From positions 93,449,786 through 93,498,996 of the forward strand of contig NC_068989.1 in the NCBI RefSeq assembly GCF_001194135.2: 49,211 bases of DNA, given 5' to 3'. The notes under the pieces are model-generated. The model saw nothing but the letters and a program-made list of their open reading frames with translations. It had not been told where the DNA came from and ran no database searches. Source of the DNA: Octopus bimaculoides. Lineage: Eukaryota. Shown piece after piece: positions 23,908-35,709 of the stretch (position 1 is its first letter; each line of letters starts with the position of its first letter). The position numbers and the translations under genes were made by a program.

Positions 23908-24030
23908 CGACGGCAATCTGGCAGAATCGTTAGCAGACCAGGCGAAATGCTTAACAGTATTTTACCAGTCGCTACTTTCCACTGGGGTCGACTTTTCATC
24001 CACTCAAAAGCTTTGGTCGGCCCAAGGCTA
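23908..24030 (+). mobile_element. SINE-A head fused to a minus-strand SINE-B fragment
   Basis: CTGGCAGAATCGTTAGC...GAAATGCTTA, then CACTCAAAAGCTTTGGTCGGCCCAAGGCTA. Confidence 0.6.
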
Positions 24031-25090
24031 TATATATATATATATATATATATATNNNNNNNNNNNNNNNNNNNNNNNNNNNNNNNNNNNNNNNNNNNNN
24101 NNNNNNNNNNNNNNNNNNNNNNNNNNNNNNNNNNNNNNNNNNNNNNNNNNNNNNNNNNNNNNNNNNNNNNNNNNNNNNNNNNNNNNNNNNNNNNNNNNNN
24201 NNNNNNNNNNNNNNNNNNNNNNNNNNNNNNNNNNNNNNNNNNNNNNNNNNNNNNNNNNNNNNNNNNNNNNNNNNNNNNNNNNNNNNNNNNNNNNNNNNNN
24301 NNNNNNNNNNNNNNNNNNNNNNNNNNNNNNNNNNNNNNNNNNNNNNNNNNNNNNNNNNNNNNNNNNNNNNNNNNNNNNNNNNNNNNNNNNNNNNNNNNNN
24401 NNNNNNNNNNNNNNNNNNNNNNNNNNNNNNNNNNNNNNNNNNNNNNNNNNNNNNNNNNNNNNNNNNNNNNNNNNNNNNNNNNNNNNNNNNNNNNNNNNNN
24501 NNNNNNNNNNNNNNNNNNNNNNNNNNNNNNNNNNNNNNNNNNNNNNNNNNNNNNNNNNNNNNNNNNNNNNNNNNNNNNNNNNNNNNNNNNNNNNNNNNNN
24601 NNNNNNNNNNNNNNNNNNNNNNNNNNNNNNNNNNNNNNNNNNNNNNNNNNNNNNNNNNNNNNNNNNNNNNNNNNNNNNNNNNNNNNNNNNNNNNNNNNNN
24701 NNNNNNNNNNNNNNNNNNNNNNNNNNNNNNNNNNNNNNNNNNNNNNNNNNNNNNNNNNNNNNNNNNNNNNACACATCTATCACCCCAACCCCGGAACTAA
24801 CCCTAACCACCACCGCCACTGAGCCACTGAGTGGGCATTGGTTGGTCACGCTCAATTTACTATTAGTACTACCACCACCACCATCACCATCACCACCACC
24901 ACCGAACCCGGCCTCGGTGACACACGCTCTATGGTGTTACGTCACCAACGGACACGTGGCGGCACGCGACCAACGCCTGTTGTACTTTGTTGATAACATC
25001 TATATTTGTTTATTGTTAGTGTTCATGTTTATGTTGTTTTTGAAGTAAATGTTGCTGCTGATGCTAATGGCGACGATGATGACGTTGGTG

Positions 25091-25126
<36 letters not shown>

Positions 25127-25359
25127 CGATTACGACGACGACGACGACGATGATGATGATGGCGACGACAAGGTCGAGGAGGAGGGAGTGCTTTTCGTTT
25201 TTTCTCTTTCCTTTTATTGAATGTCATCAAATATTTGAACATACTTTCACATATCTACATACCAACGCACGCAAGCACACACACACACACACACACGCAC
25301 ACACACACACACACACACATTATCGTCTATTTGTTTCAGTCATTGGACTGCGGCCATAA

Positions 25360-25567
25360 GGCGGCGCGATGGCAGAATCGTTATTGCGCTGGACGCAAGT
25401 GCTCATCGGTATTTCGGCCGTTGCTACGTTCTGTGTTGAAATTCCGTCGAGGTCGGCTTTACCTTTCATCCTTACGGGGTCGATAAACAAAGTACCAGTT
25501 GAGTACTGTGGTCGATGTAATCAACTATCCCCCTCCCACAAACTTCAGACCTTGTGTCTATAATAGA
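25360..25567 (+). mobile_element. SINE-A nested in a minus-strand SINE-B tail
   Basis: SINE-B tail sequence at 25326-25357 resumes at ~25570-25790. Confidence 0.8.
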
Positions 25568-25799
25568 TTAGACTGCATGCAGAAGCACTGTTTTCAATTT
25601 TGGTTGCACGAATCGGCCCAGGTACTTATCTTCTTTAAGACCTGGTGCTTATTGCTTCGGTCCTGCTTTCGTCTTTGTAGTACTTTCTCTCTCGGTGAAT
25701 ATACAACGTTCCTTTACTGATTACCAGCCACCCAGTTCGATATGTGCAATCGTCCTGACTTTCTTATCTTTACACACAAACACACACACGTATAAGCTT

Positions 25800-25956
25800 A
25801 GGCGTGGTTCTGTGGTAAGAAGCTTGCTTTGCAACCATATGGTTCCGGGTTCAGTCCCACTACGTATCGCCTTGGGCAAGTGCCTTCTACAATAGCCTCG
25901 GGCCTTCCAAAGCATTGTGAGTGAATTTTGTAGACGGAAACTGAAAGAAGCCCGTC

Positions 25957-26005
<49 letters not shown>

Positions 26006-26210
26006 TGTATTTGGGTGTCTGTGTTTGTCCCACCACCATCACTTGACAACTGCTGTTGGTATATTTATGTCCCCGTAACTAGCGGTTCAGCAAAAGTAAC
26101 CGATAGAATAAATACTAGGCTTACAAACAATGAGTCCAGTGGTCGATTCGTTCGACTAAAGGCGGTGCTCCAGCATGGCCACATACAAATGCCTGAAACA
26201 AGTAAAAGAG
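25800..26210 (+). mobile_element. SINE-B (CORE-like), full length, with internal (TA)n
   Basis: tRNA-like head GGCGTGG..GTGGTAAG / GGGTTCAGTCCC, CORE-like CCTTGGGCAAGTG, and tail GGCGGTGCTCCAGCATGGCC...TGAAACAAGTAAAAGAG. Confidence 0.9.
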
Positions 26211-26223
26211 TATGTACGATGAG

Positions 26224-26345
26224 CTTCTTTCAGTTCCTGTCTATGGGCTCAAGGCTATAGTAGACGACACTTGCTTGAGGTGCCATGCAATGGAATTGAA
26301 CCCGAAATCGTACGGCTGGGAAGAAAACTTCTTACCACATAGCCG
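26224..26345 (-). mobile_element. SINE-B head
   Basis: CAAGGCTATAGTAGACGACACTTGCTTGAGGTGCC...CTTACCACATAGCC. Confidence 0.8.
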
Positions 26346-26436
26346 CAACGTGACAAAGCTGGAATTGAAGAATTTCCGCTTGCTGGTGTTCACTCTATTG
26401 AGATATTTAGGTTCACCAGAAATATTTGAACAACAA

Positions 26437-26646
26437 CCCTTTCTACAATAGGTCTAAGTCCTGAAAGCTCGGACAGTGGTTAAGTGGATTACATCGAGCC
26501 AAGTACTCAACTGGTACTTATTTTGCCGACCCCGAAAAGATGAAAGGTAAAATCAACCACGGCAGAATTTGAATGTAGCATGTAGCACCGCGAAATACTG
26601 CAAAGTTTTCGCCCGGCGTGCTAACGGTTCTGCCAGCTCGCTGCCC
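26437..26646 (-). mobile_element. SINE-A, full length
   Basis: ...CGCCCGGCGTGCTAACGGTTCTGCCAGCTCGCTGCC. Confidence 0.85.
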
Positions 26647-26964
26647 TTCTAAATGAATAATAATGATAAACGGTGAAACAGCAATTTCGATTACTGACGA
26701 AAAGGATTTTTACTTTGAAGTATTAAATAGCCATTAAATTTAGTCAACATTTTGAAATTATCGGTATAGACATAAACATTGTAGCTTGTGGTTGAGAGTC
26801 TCGCAATGGAAATATACGTTAGAAAATGGAATTGATAATTACTTGATATAAGTTTGAGAGAATTAATTAACGAAAATTGTTTGTATACAGGCTTCGACAA
26901 ATTAAATGAAAGGTTTATTGTTAAATGAAAGGTTTATTGTTTGATACGAAGTTAGTTCGACTTA

Positions 26965-27445
26965 GGCATCACATCAGGACTTTAATACGACAAAGAATTG
27001 ACGACTCACAATAGATTATGTACAGTTGATAGGAGAATTTTGAGCCATTCTTCAAGCAAAACCTGTTTTATCTTCTTTCAGAGACTGTGATGGTGGAGGT
27101 GGGTGCGTCTCTACTGCTGCTCGAAAATACCCCGTAAATGATCGATTATATTGGAAGCCGGTGATTGTGGAGGCTATTTAAAGTGTCTTACTTCACTTTT
27201 ATTCTTTTCGTAGCAATTTGAATAACATTATCTATGTTAATTGAAGCATAACCGTCCTGGAAGATTCCGTTACCATCAGGGAACAATGATTGTTGCATAG
27301 GATGGACATAATCAGCTAAAACACTGAGATAATAAAATATCTTGGTGTTAATTCTGCCATGTAGAACAGCCAAGAGGGTTAACAGAATTCCCTGATATGG
27401 CTCTGACCAATTCATCCCAGTGTGACCTCCGTGGTTTCCATAACT
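26965..27445 (-). pseudogene. Tc1-like (DD34E-type) transposase remnant, C-terminal half
   Basis: Minus-strand frames give NHGG...LHGRINTK...DYVHPMQQSLFPDGNGIFQD, then EVRHFK*PPQSPASNIIDHL and VLLEEWLKI. These match the Tc1 motifs KHGGG, FQDDNAPIH, WPPQSPDLNIIE and L.EEW. Stops and frameshifts are present. Confidence 0.8.
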
Positions 27446-30441
27446 AATTTCCTAATCACTAAGCTACGCGCCTCCATATTGTGTGTGTTTGTATGTATGT
27501 ATATATGTATATAAAATACATCTGATCCGGTTGTCGGTGTATGTATATGTGCATATAAAATACATATGTTCCAGTTGTATGTGTGTATATGTGTGTGTGT
27601 GTATACGCGCGTGCGTGCGACCAGTTCCGATGTATTTTGATCTTAACATCGGCGACATTTGGACCAAGAATGTAAAGAGCGGGAACAAACAGCGCAAGGC
27701 ATTTTCTCTTCCGCTCCAACAATTATGGGCACAATCCCTCAGGTTAAGAGACCGCAACAGCAGTAATAAAATGTGTTTGAGAAGGTAGTGAAGTATCTTT
27801 AATAGAAAAGAAAACAAATACAAAAGCGTCTGTTGTGGCCATTGTTGTATGAGTTTTAAGTTAGGAAACGTTTTGTAATTGCTGAATAAAAGCATCTTTT
27901 CACGATCAAAGTAACACAAGTGATTGCATCCAACAATCACGTCTGCATTTAAGCAGAGACGGAGAAGCTTCATGGATTTGTGTGTCCGTGTGTGGGCGTG
28001 CGTTTGAGCATTATATACGTACGCTTGAATGTGTGTGTGTGTGTGTGCGCGCGTGCGAGTCTTAGTGACACCAAGTGTGAAGTTATGGAAAGAAGATTTT
28101 CTAGAGTAACTCAATGTCCCTTTTTTATCACCATTATTGAGGACGGAAGAAATAAGTGAGGGACAGAGGGTGGTAATGTGGGAGGAGGGGATTGCATGAG
28201 TGGCGGGTGTGNNNNNNNNNNGAGGGAGGGAGGGAGGGAGGTAATGAGGGGGAGAGAGAATGGGTCAGTGAGTGATTAGGATGAGTGAAATTACTGAACG
28301 TGCTAGTGAAGCGGGCAGCAATTGTTACGTAGGTCTATTATCAAAAGTATTCTTGCTATGACCATCCCGACTTCCAATTAAACAAACATTTGATCATGAA
28401 AATCGGTCCAACTTGATGTATATTTATTTAGATTTTAGGGACAAACAGTATATTATATTTTATGGAATTCGGATGAATCCTGTTCAACATGTATTATAAA
28501 GGACATCCTACATAGGATATGAAAATTAACAGTTGTCGGAATGGTTACAGCATTATGCAAGATTGAATATATTGAGTAACGATGAAACGATTGTAAACAA
28601 AATGGGCCGCTAACTCCATTCTCTGAGAATGTCATTATACATCAGATAATTCGAGTGGTAGAGTTATATTTCCTTGTGTCTATTTACTAGCTCCTTACTT
28701 TCGTGCATATTTTTGAGAATGTGTTGCTAGAGTATTCTCCCTGAGATACGGATTATATTATAGCTTATCCTGCATTTTACACTGGAACTTTCAGCATTCC
28801 TAATATGTTGGATTCAAGCTTGATATCAAGTGTTAATATATGTTTGTGTTCTTAACTGTTTTTAGCTCTATGCTTAGGTACGTATTCACTTTTAAGTGAT
28901 TCATTCTCGTCAGTTTCTTTTGATAGTTTTACTAACTTTTTGACAAGCTGTAAAGTTAATCGTTTCGTTCATGGTGCTACCAAGATTTTTATTATTTTTA
29001 TTCCTACATCTCCTGATATTTACATTATCAACCTCAGGAGTCATATTAGATGTGTTTACACAGGAAATATCGTTAATTTCATTTATTTGCCTTTTTGTAA
29101 ACTTGAAACTTTGAGTCAAGGGGTTGTATGATGTGTTGCTATATTTCATATACATCATGTTAGAATTTACATATTAAGACTTCCTCTCTTGATGGAAATG
29201 ATAAATCAAATCTTATCTTCAAAGCCAGTCTTCAACAGAGCATCATTATGAAACGAAGTTACTAATAAATATTTCATCGATAGAAGATATATAGATATTC
29301 TAAGAGAAATATTCCTTATAAAATGTCTTATTATTGATTTTGGATGGTTAGTATATTTGCAAATTTAATCAAGACTTTCATTAGGTTTATAGAAAGAAAA
29401 TTTATCTTCTTATAGTATCTTTTAATAGTCCAACCTGAAAAAAAAAGTTATAATTCTTAAAGAAGTTTATTACTGAAACACGGAAGTTATTCACAACAAA
29501 AGCATAAAATTCCTCTGAAGATTTGGCGTTTCAAATCTATAATGCAATAGCTTACGTAACGATTATCACATAACATACATGTTATGGCCAGTGAAACACG
29601 CGTAAGATTAAATAATCCACGCTGCTATATTACAAACTCTACATGGAACTCTCTTGTTTTACTCTGTCTTTGAATACACACATTATTCATATGTATATGA
29701 TGCATATGCATATAACGCTAGGGATCAGATAATGCACGACTGATATTTGGATATAAAAGAATTTCCATGGAGTTCTATTCATCTGTAAATTTTAATGCTA
29801 TTACAATCAAAATAACATAAGTAAACAATCGCGCGTCTACACACCCACACATACAGACACACACACTCTCTCTCTCTCTCATACATGTTTCAATTTTTTT
29901 TTTCTTTAATGAGGTAAAACTAAAACTTGTTAAATTACAAATATTAGATTCACTTCTATGTTTCGCGCCACGTGTGATCGTTCAGGCAAGAAAATATAAA
30001 TCACTTTATGAATGCCTGGACGATTACACGTGGCGGGAATCAGTAACAGAAAGCTATTTGTTGTAATGCAATTGTTATATAGCGATGAAGTGAGTCCTCA
30101 GCTGTTATCATCAAACTATACTTTAACACGTGCATTGCGTGCTCTTTCTCTTATTTGTAACTCCAAATGCATATATATATATATANNNNNNNNNNNNNNN
30201 NNNNNNNNNNNNNNNNNNNNNNNNNNNNNNNNNNNNNNNNNNNNNNNNNNNNNNNNNNNNNNNNNNNNNNNNNNNNNNNNNNNNNNNNNNNNNNNNNNNN
30301 NNNNNNNNNNNNNNNNNNNNNNNNNNNNNNNNNNNNNNNNNNNNNNNNNNNNNNNNNNNNNNNNNNNNNNNNNNNNNNNNNNNNNNNNNNNNNNNNNNNN
30401 NNNNNNNNNNNNNNNNNNNNNNNNNNNNNNNNNNNNNNNNT

Positions 30442-30476
<35 letters not shown>

Positions 30477-31313
30477 CAGGGTGAAAATATTCTCGTCTAG
30501 ATTACGCAAAAATGAAAATAACACTGACATCTCATTTTAACACATATATTTACCAAAATTACATTAAAATATCTTGGAATAGTAAAGAGTAAATTTATTC
30601 GATAAATTCGCCATTGGCCTCAACCACAGCCTCCAGACGACTTTGGAAATTCCTGCAACTCTTCTGGACGGTCTCCCTCTTTAAGTTGGTGAAAGCTGCA
30701 GTCAAGTGAGTTAGGTGGGAAGATGTTAGGGGTGATGTGGTCGCAGAAGTTGTCTGGCAGCCATGATTGGGTTCTCCTGCTTGTGTGGCATGGTGCAGCG
30801 TCCTGTTGCTAGATACAATGTATTCCAGCAGCCATCTTCTTGACCCAGGGCTACACTACCTCCTCCAGGCACTTGATGTAGACCTCAATGTAGAGTCTGA
30901 GGCCGTGTGGGAAGATGAATGGAGGCATAACGTTACCATCACTAGTGAATACTCAAAACACAATGATGTTAACTGAATGGTTGATTTTTATCCCTCTCGG
31001 TACATGTCTCCAGACTGCACTGTCCTCAGATTAACATCCAAACACTCTGAAATGTTCGTATTGTAGCTTCCGGTGCAAATGCCAAGCAGCAGAGCATGCC
31101 GTTTCCAAATTTCCGGCNNNNNNNNNNTCCGGTGCAAATGCCAAGCAGCAGAGCATGCCGTTTCCAAATTTCCGGCAGAGTGAATTGCATCATGGTGCTG
31201 TTTTTTCTCACAGACGGTGCCCAACTGACCCTTCTATATTGTGTAATCGACAAAATCAAAAACAATGCGCATGCGTGAAATTAAACATATAATATGGAGA
31301 TAATTTACCCATT
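30477..31313 (-). mobile_element. Internally deleted Tc1/mariner transposon, maT/DD37D-like, with a pseudogenised transposase
   Basis: Minus-strand translation gives SDGNVMPPFIFPHGLRL...QQDAAPCHTSRRTQSWL...IFPPNSLD...FQSRLEAVVEANGEFIE*, and the N-terminus MMQFTLPEIWKRHALLLGI. Degenerate TIRs sit in TA runs (TA|CAGGGTGAAAATATTCTC versus the reverse complement TA|ATGGGTAAATTATCTC). The D-to-D spacing cannot be measured because of the deletion. Confidence 0.85.
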
Positions 31314-31560
31314 ATATATATATATATATATACATATGTATATATATATATATATATAATTATATGTATTTCTTCTATCTTAATGAATATAAATTCTTCG
31401 GATAGAATAAATGGGTTAATAGAAACCAATGTAGCAAAGAACACAAAATAACTGTGGTTAGCTCCTGTTTTTAAGGCAGGAACTCCTTGAAATTTTGGGT
31501 ATTTGAGTATATTTAAGAATTTAAGGATTGGAGAAAACGCATGTTATAATTGCATACTTT

Positions 31561-31646
31561 ATTCTTACATATGTTTCAAAGGATTACAACCTATGTGATC
31601 CATAGGGATCTGTGATATTAAAATTGTAACCTTCTCATCAGGGAAA
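31561..31646 (-). ncRNA. Type I hammerhead ribozyme motif with long stem II
   Basis: UUUCC-CUGAUGA-GAAGGUUACAA(34-nt loop)UUGUAA-U-CCUUU-GAAA-CAUAUG-UA-AGAAU. Stem III is the palindrome ACAUAUGU and the triplet is GUA. There is a C.A mismatch at the first stem I pair. Confidence 0.7.
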
Positions 31647-31757
31647 GTATGGGAATCATCTTAAACGTAAGACATTATGACCGAGTATGAAAACAATTGT
31701 TTTCATACTCGGTCATAATGTCTTACGTTTAAGATGATTCCCATGCTTTCCCTGATG
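31636..31757. repeat. Spacerless 122-bp palindrome running into a gap
   Basis: Two 61-bp arms are centred on CAA|TTG at 31696/31697 with one mismatch. The right arm ends TTTCC-CTGATG, the start of a second HHR core. Confidence 0.9.
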
Positions 31758-31891
31758 NNNNNNNNNNNNNNNNNNNNNNNNNNNNNNNNNNNNNNNNNNN
31801 NNNNNNNNNNNNNNNNNNNNNNNNNNNNNNNNNNNNNNNNNNNNNNNNNNNNNNNNNNNNNNNNNNNNNNNNNNNNNNNNNNNNNNNNNNN

Positions 31892-31931
<40 letters not shown>

Positions 31932-32295
31932 TAATGTGTGTGTGTGTGTGTGTGAACAGGGGTCCGCCTGACAATGAACTGCTATATCTTAGTCTCCATA
32001 CTCTTTTACATACCCTTATAAATTACAGAGCAGTGAATCGCCATTTGCGACCATGTGTACAGGTGAAATGCTTTCGTAGCGTGTACCATGCCTTCATCAA
32101 AGTTTTTAGGTACCTGTGTCGTCTGGACACCTTTATGTCGCCCTCGTTGACCTTGACTTAGTAGCAAATGTATGATACTACATCTGTAGATAGAGAGAGG
32201 GAGTGGAGGGAGCGAAGCAGAAACATCCGGTTGATAGTCATTGACATGTGAATAGTTGGGAGCAACAGGAAAGGATATGCTTTGTTTAGGAGATA

Positions 32296-32372
32296 CTAGC
32301 AGAAATACCCGGCGTTGCCCGGGTTAGGGTTTCACACAGACAGACAGACACACACACACAGACAGACAGACA

Positions 32373-32415
<43 letters not shown>

Positions 32416-33750
32416 TCCCAATACATGTAGGATTCCTCACCATACAGGTGACAGGCACAGCTGTAAGATACATTACGGATCTATAGCAATTGGAAGGGCA
32501 TTACCCAATTGAAATAACATCGTGTGACGTTTGGAGTAAAGAGAAATGAAAGTGTCGCCTCTGGAGTTTGCAAATGACCACTATACCGATAGGTAACTGT
32601 GCAGACAAAATTTACAATCGATAAATGTCTCTCATATGGGAAGGCCTTGAAATCAATGTTACCAACTGGGGACTATGTGTGTCGCAGTGATAATAAAAAG
32701 ACTCAAAGGAGGTCTGCAACGAAATAATTTTACTCAACACTTTGCAAGTGAATCACTGGAGGCAAAGATGCGTCTCGTTTACTTGACAATTTATGCACCA
32801 CATTGCAGAAATCACAATGTAAGTATATCTGAAAGGGTAGTCTTACACNNNNNNNNNNNNNNNNNNNNNNNNNNNNNNNNNNNNNNNNNNNNNNNNNNNN
32901 NNNNNNNNNNNNNNNNNNNNNNNNNNNNNNNNNNNNNNNNNNNNNNNNNNNNNNNNNNNNNNNNNNNNNNNNNNNNNNNNNNNNNNNNNNNNNNNNNNNN
33001 NNNNNNNNNNNNNNNNNNNNNNNNNNNNNNNNNNNNNNNNNNNNNNNNNNNNNNNNNNNNNNNNNNNNNNNNNNNNNNNNNNNNNNNNNNNNNNNNNNNN
33101 NNNNNNNNNNNNNNNNNNNNNNNNNNNNNNNNNNNNNNNNNNNNNNNNNNNNNNNNNNNNNNNNNNNNNNNNNNNNNNNNNNNNNNNNNNNNNNNNNNNN
33201 NNNNNNNNNNNNNNNNNNNNNNNNNNNNNNNNNNNNNNNNNNNNNNNNNNNNNNNNNNNNNNNNNNNNNNNNNNNNNNNNNNNNNNNNNNNNNNNNNNNN
33301 NNNNNNNNNNNNNNNNNNNNNNNNNNNNNNNNNNNNNNNNNNNNNNNNNNNNNNNNNNNNNNNNNNNNNNNNNNNNNNNNNNNNNNNNNNNNNCTCTCTC
33401 TTTCTCTCTCTCTCTCTTTCTCTCTCTCTGAAAGTATCTGTCATTACAGTATCGAAATGTGATTGTTCCAGTTAGTGGAATAGTTTCATTTTTAAAGTGA
33501 AAGTATTTGACATGAGTGTTTTTGTTTCACTTTTGACACGTAATACTTAAATAGTGGAGGAGATATGTTGCCGTGTGCTCGAACTCTGCAAGAAGTTAAT
33601 AATTTTTTTTGACTAAAACACAACTGGAACCCTAAGTAAGGCATGTGTAAAATTTTAATGAAATTGGTTGCGTAGTTCTCGAGTTTTAAGGATTCACACA
33701 GACAGACAGACAGACAGACAGACACACATTCTCATTTTTATATATATAGA
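32296..33750 (-). mobile_element. Non-autonomous Helitron with both termini, spanning a gap
   Basis: In sense (minus) orientation the 5' end is A|TCTATATATATAAAAATGAGAATG followed by (TCTG)n. The 3' end is the hairpin CCCGGGCAACGCCGGG then TATTTCTGCTAG|T. Insertion is between A and T with no TSD. Confidence 0.85.
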
Positions 33751-34020
33751 TAACACGCTGCCCAGCCTAGGGTTAGAAGCCACAACCTTAAGATCACGAC
33801 TAGATCTTACCACTAGACCGATCGCTTTCATTGCACTTAAACACACGTAGACACAGGCATGACCAAGTGGTTGAGAGGATCTCTTTTGAAACCGCACATT
33901 TTCAGGTTGAGTCTCACAGCGTTTAACCTCGGGCAATTGGTTCCTATTTGAGCCACGCGCTGATCAATTCCTCCTGAGTGAATTTGCTTGACGGAAACCT
34001 GGTGCATTCATACATACATA

Positions 34021-34070
<50 letters not shown>

Positions 34071-34625
34071 AAAGATAATAAGAGTGAAAAAACTACAGAA
34101 GGCTTGTGTTACATGGTTAAAGTATATATTTAAATTATGTCAGAAAAATGTTAGAAAAATGTTAGAAAATCNNNNNNNNNNNNNNNNNNNNNNNNNNNNN
34201 NNNNNNNNNNNNNNNNNNNNNNNNNNNNNNNNNNNNNNNNNNNNNNNNNNNNNNNNNNNNNNNNNNNNNNNNNNNNNNNNNNNNNNNNNNNNNNNNNNNN
34301 NNNNNNNNNNNNNNNNNNNNNNNNNNNNNNNNNNNNNNNNNNNNNNNNNNNNNNNNNNNNNNNNNNNNNNNNNNNNNNNNNNNNNNNNNNNNNNNNNNNN
34401 NNNNNNNNNNNNNNNNNNNNNNNNNNNNNNNNNNNNNNNNNNNNNNNNNNNNNNNNNNNNNNNNNNNNNNNNNNNNNNNNNNNNNNNNNNNNNNNNNNNN
34501 NNNNNNNNNNNNNNNNNNNNNNNNNNNNNNNNNNNNNNNNNNNNNNNNNNNNNNNNNNNNNNNNNNNNNNNNNNNNNNNNNNNNNNNNNNNNNNNNNNNN
34601 NNNNNNNNNNNNNNNNNNNNNNNNN

Positions 34626-34705
<80 letters not shown>

Positions 34706-34759
34706 CGTAAGCACTCATATACTTGTATACTCTTTGTGTCTGCATTTGTTCTCCCTTAA

Positions 34760-34860
34760 GCGTGGTTTGTGGTAAAAAGCTTGCTTCCCAACCACATTGT
34801 CCCGGTTTCAGTCCCAATGCGCGGGCACCTTCGGCAACTCTCTTCTACTATGGCCTCGGG
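34760..34860 (+). mobile_element. SINE-B head, cut off by the D/C element
   Basis: GCGTGGTTTGTGGTAAAAAGCTTGCTTCCCAACC...CTACTATGGCCTCGGG. Confidence 0.8.
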
Positions 34861-34861
34861 T

Positions 34862-35150
34862 GCGTGGCTTAGTGGTTAAGGCATTCGACTCGTGATCGTG
34901 AGGTTGTGAGTTCAATTCTCGATGACGCGTTGTGTCCTTGAACAAAACACTTTATTTCACGTTATTCCAGTCCACACAGCTGGCAAAAATGAGTAGTACC
35001 TGTATTTCAAAGGGCCAGCTTTGTCACACTCTGTGTCTTGCTGAATCTCTCTGCGAAATACGTTAATGGTACACGAGTCTATGGAATGCTCAGCCACTTG
35101 CACGTTAATTTCGTGAGAGATTCTCATCGTCATGACCGACGGAGTACTCC
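34862..35150 (+). mobile_element. Chimeric SINE: D-type head with C-type tail
   Basis: GGCTTAGTGGTTAAGG...GCGTTGTGTCCTTGAACAAAACAC...CAGCTG, then GTACCTGTATTTCAAAGGGCCAGC...CAGCCACTTGCACGTTAATTTC. Confidence 0.8.
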
Positions 35151-35244
35151 TATATAACCCCGGGACGACCAAACCCTTGTGAGGGAATTTTCCCAACAGC
35201 AACAAAGCACGCTCAGATACTGACATAAACAGCATAAACATACA

Positions 35245-35670
35245 GGCGCAGGCGTGGCTGTGTGGGAAGAAGCTGGCTTCCAAACCACATGGTTCTGGGT
35301 TCAGTCCCACTACGTGGCACCTTAGGCAAGTGTCTTCTCCTGCAACCTCGGGCCGACTAAAACCTTGTGTGTGGATTTGGTAGGCGAAAACTGAAAGAAG
35401 CCTGTCGTATATATAAATATATTTATGTGTGCGTGTGTATATGCTTGTGTATGTCTGTGTGTGTCTGTCCCACCCCACCTCTGCCATTGCTTGATAACCG
35501 ATGTTGGTATGTCCCTGTTATCTAGCGGTTCATCAAAAGACACCGATAGTATAAGTACCAGGCTTACAAAGAATAAGTCTTGGGGTCGATTTCTTCGACA
35601 AAAACCCTTTAAGGCGGTGCTCCAGCATGGCCCCGCAGTAAAAGATGAATGAAACAAGTAAAAGAATAAA
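35245..35670 (+). mobile_element. SINE-B, full length
   Basis: Same architecture as 25800-26210. Confidence 0.9.
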
Positions 35671-35673
35671 ATA

Positions 35674-35709
<36 letters not shown>

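Noticed and set aside
24796-24808. CTAACCCTAACC telomere-like sequence (a similar GGGTTAGGG lies at 32321)
   Set aside because: Fewer than three units; expected by chance.
28500-29400. Possible Penelope RT or GIY-YIG coding remnant
   Set aside because: No diagnostic motif (YIG, YxDD) can be read convincingly by eye; BLASTX is needed.
31069-31176. 49-bp direct repeat around a 10-N gap
   Set aside because: Identical flanks on both sides of a placeholder gap are a typical unmerged contig overlap.
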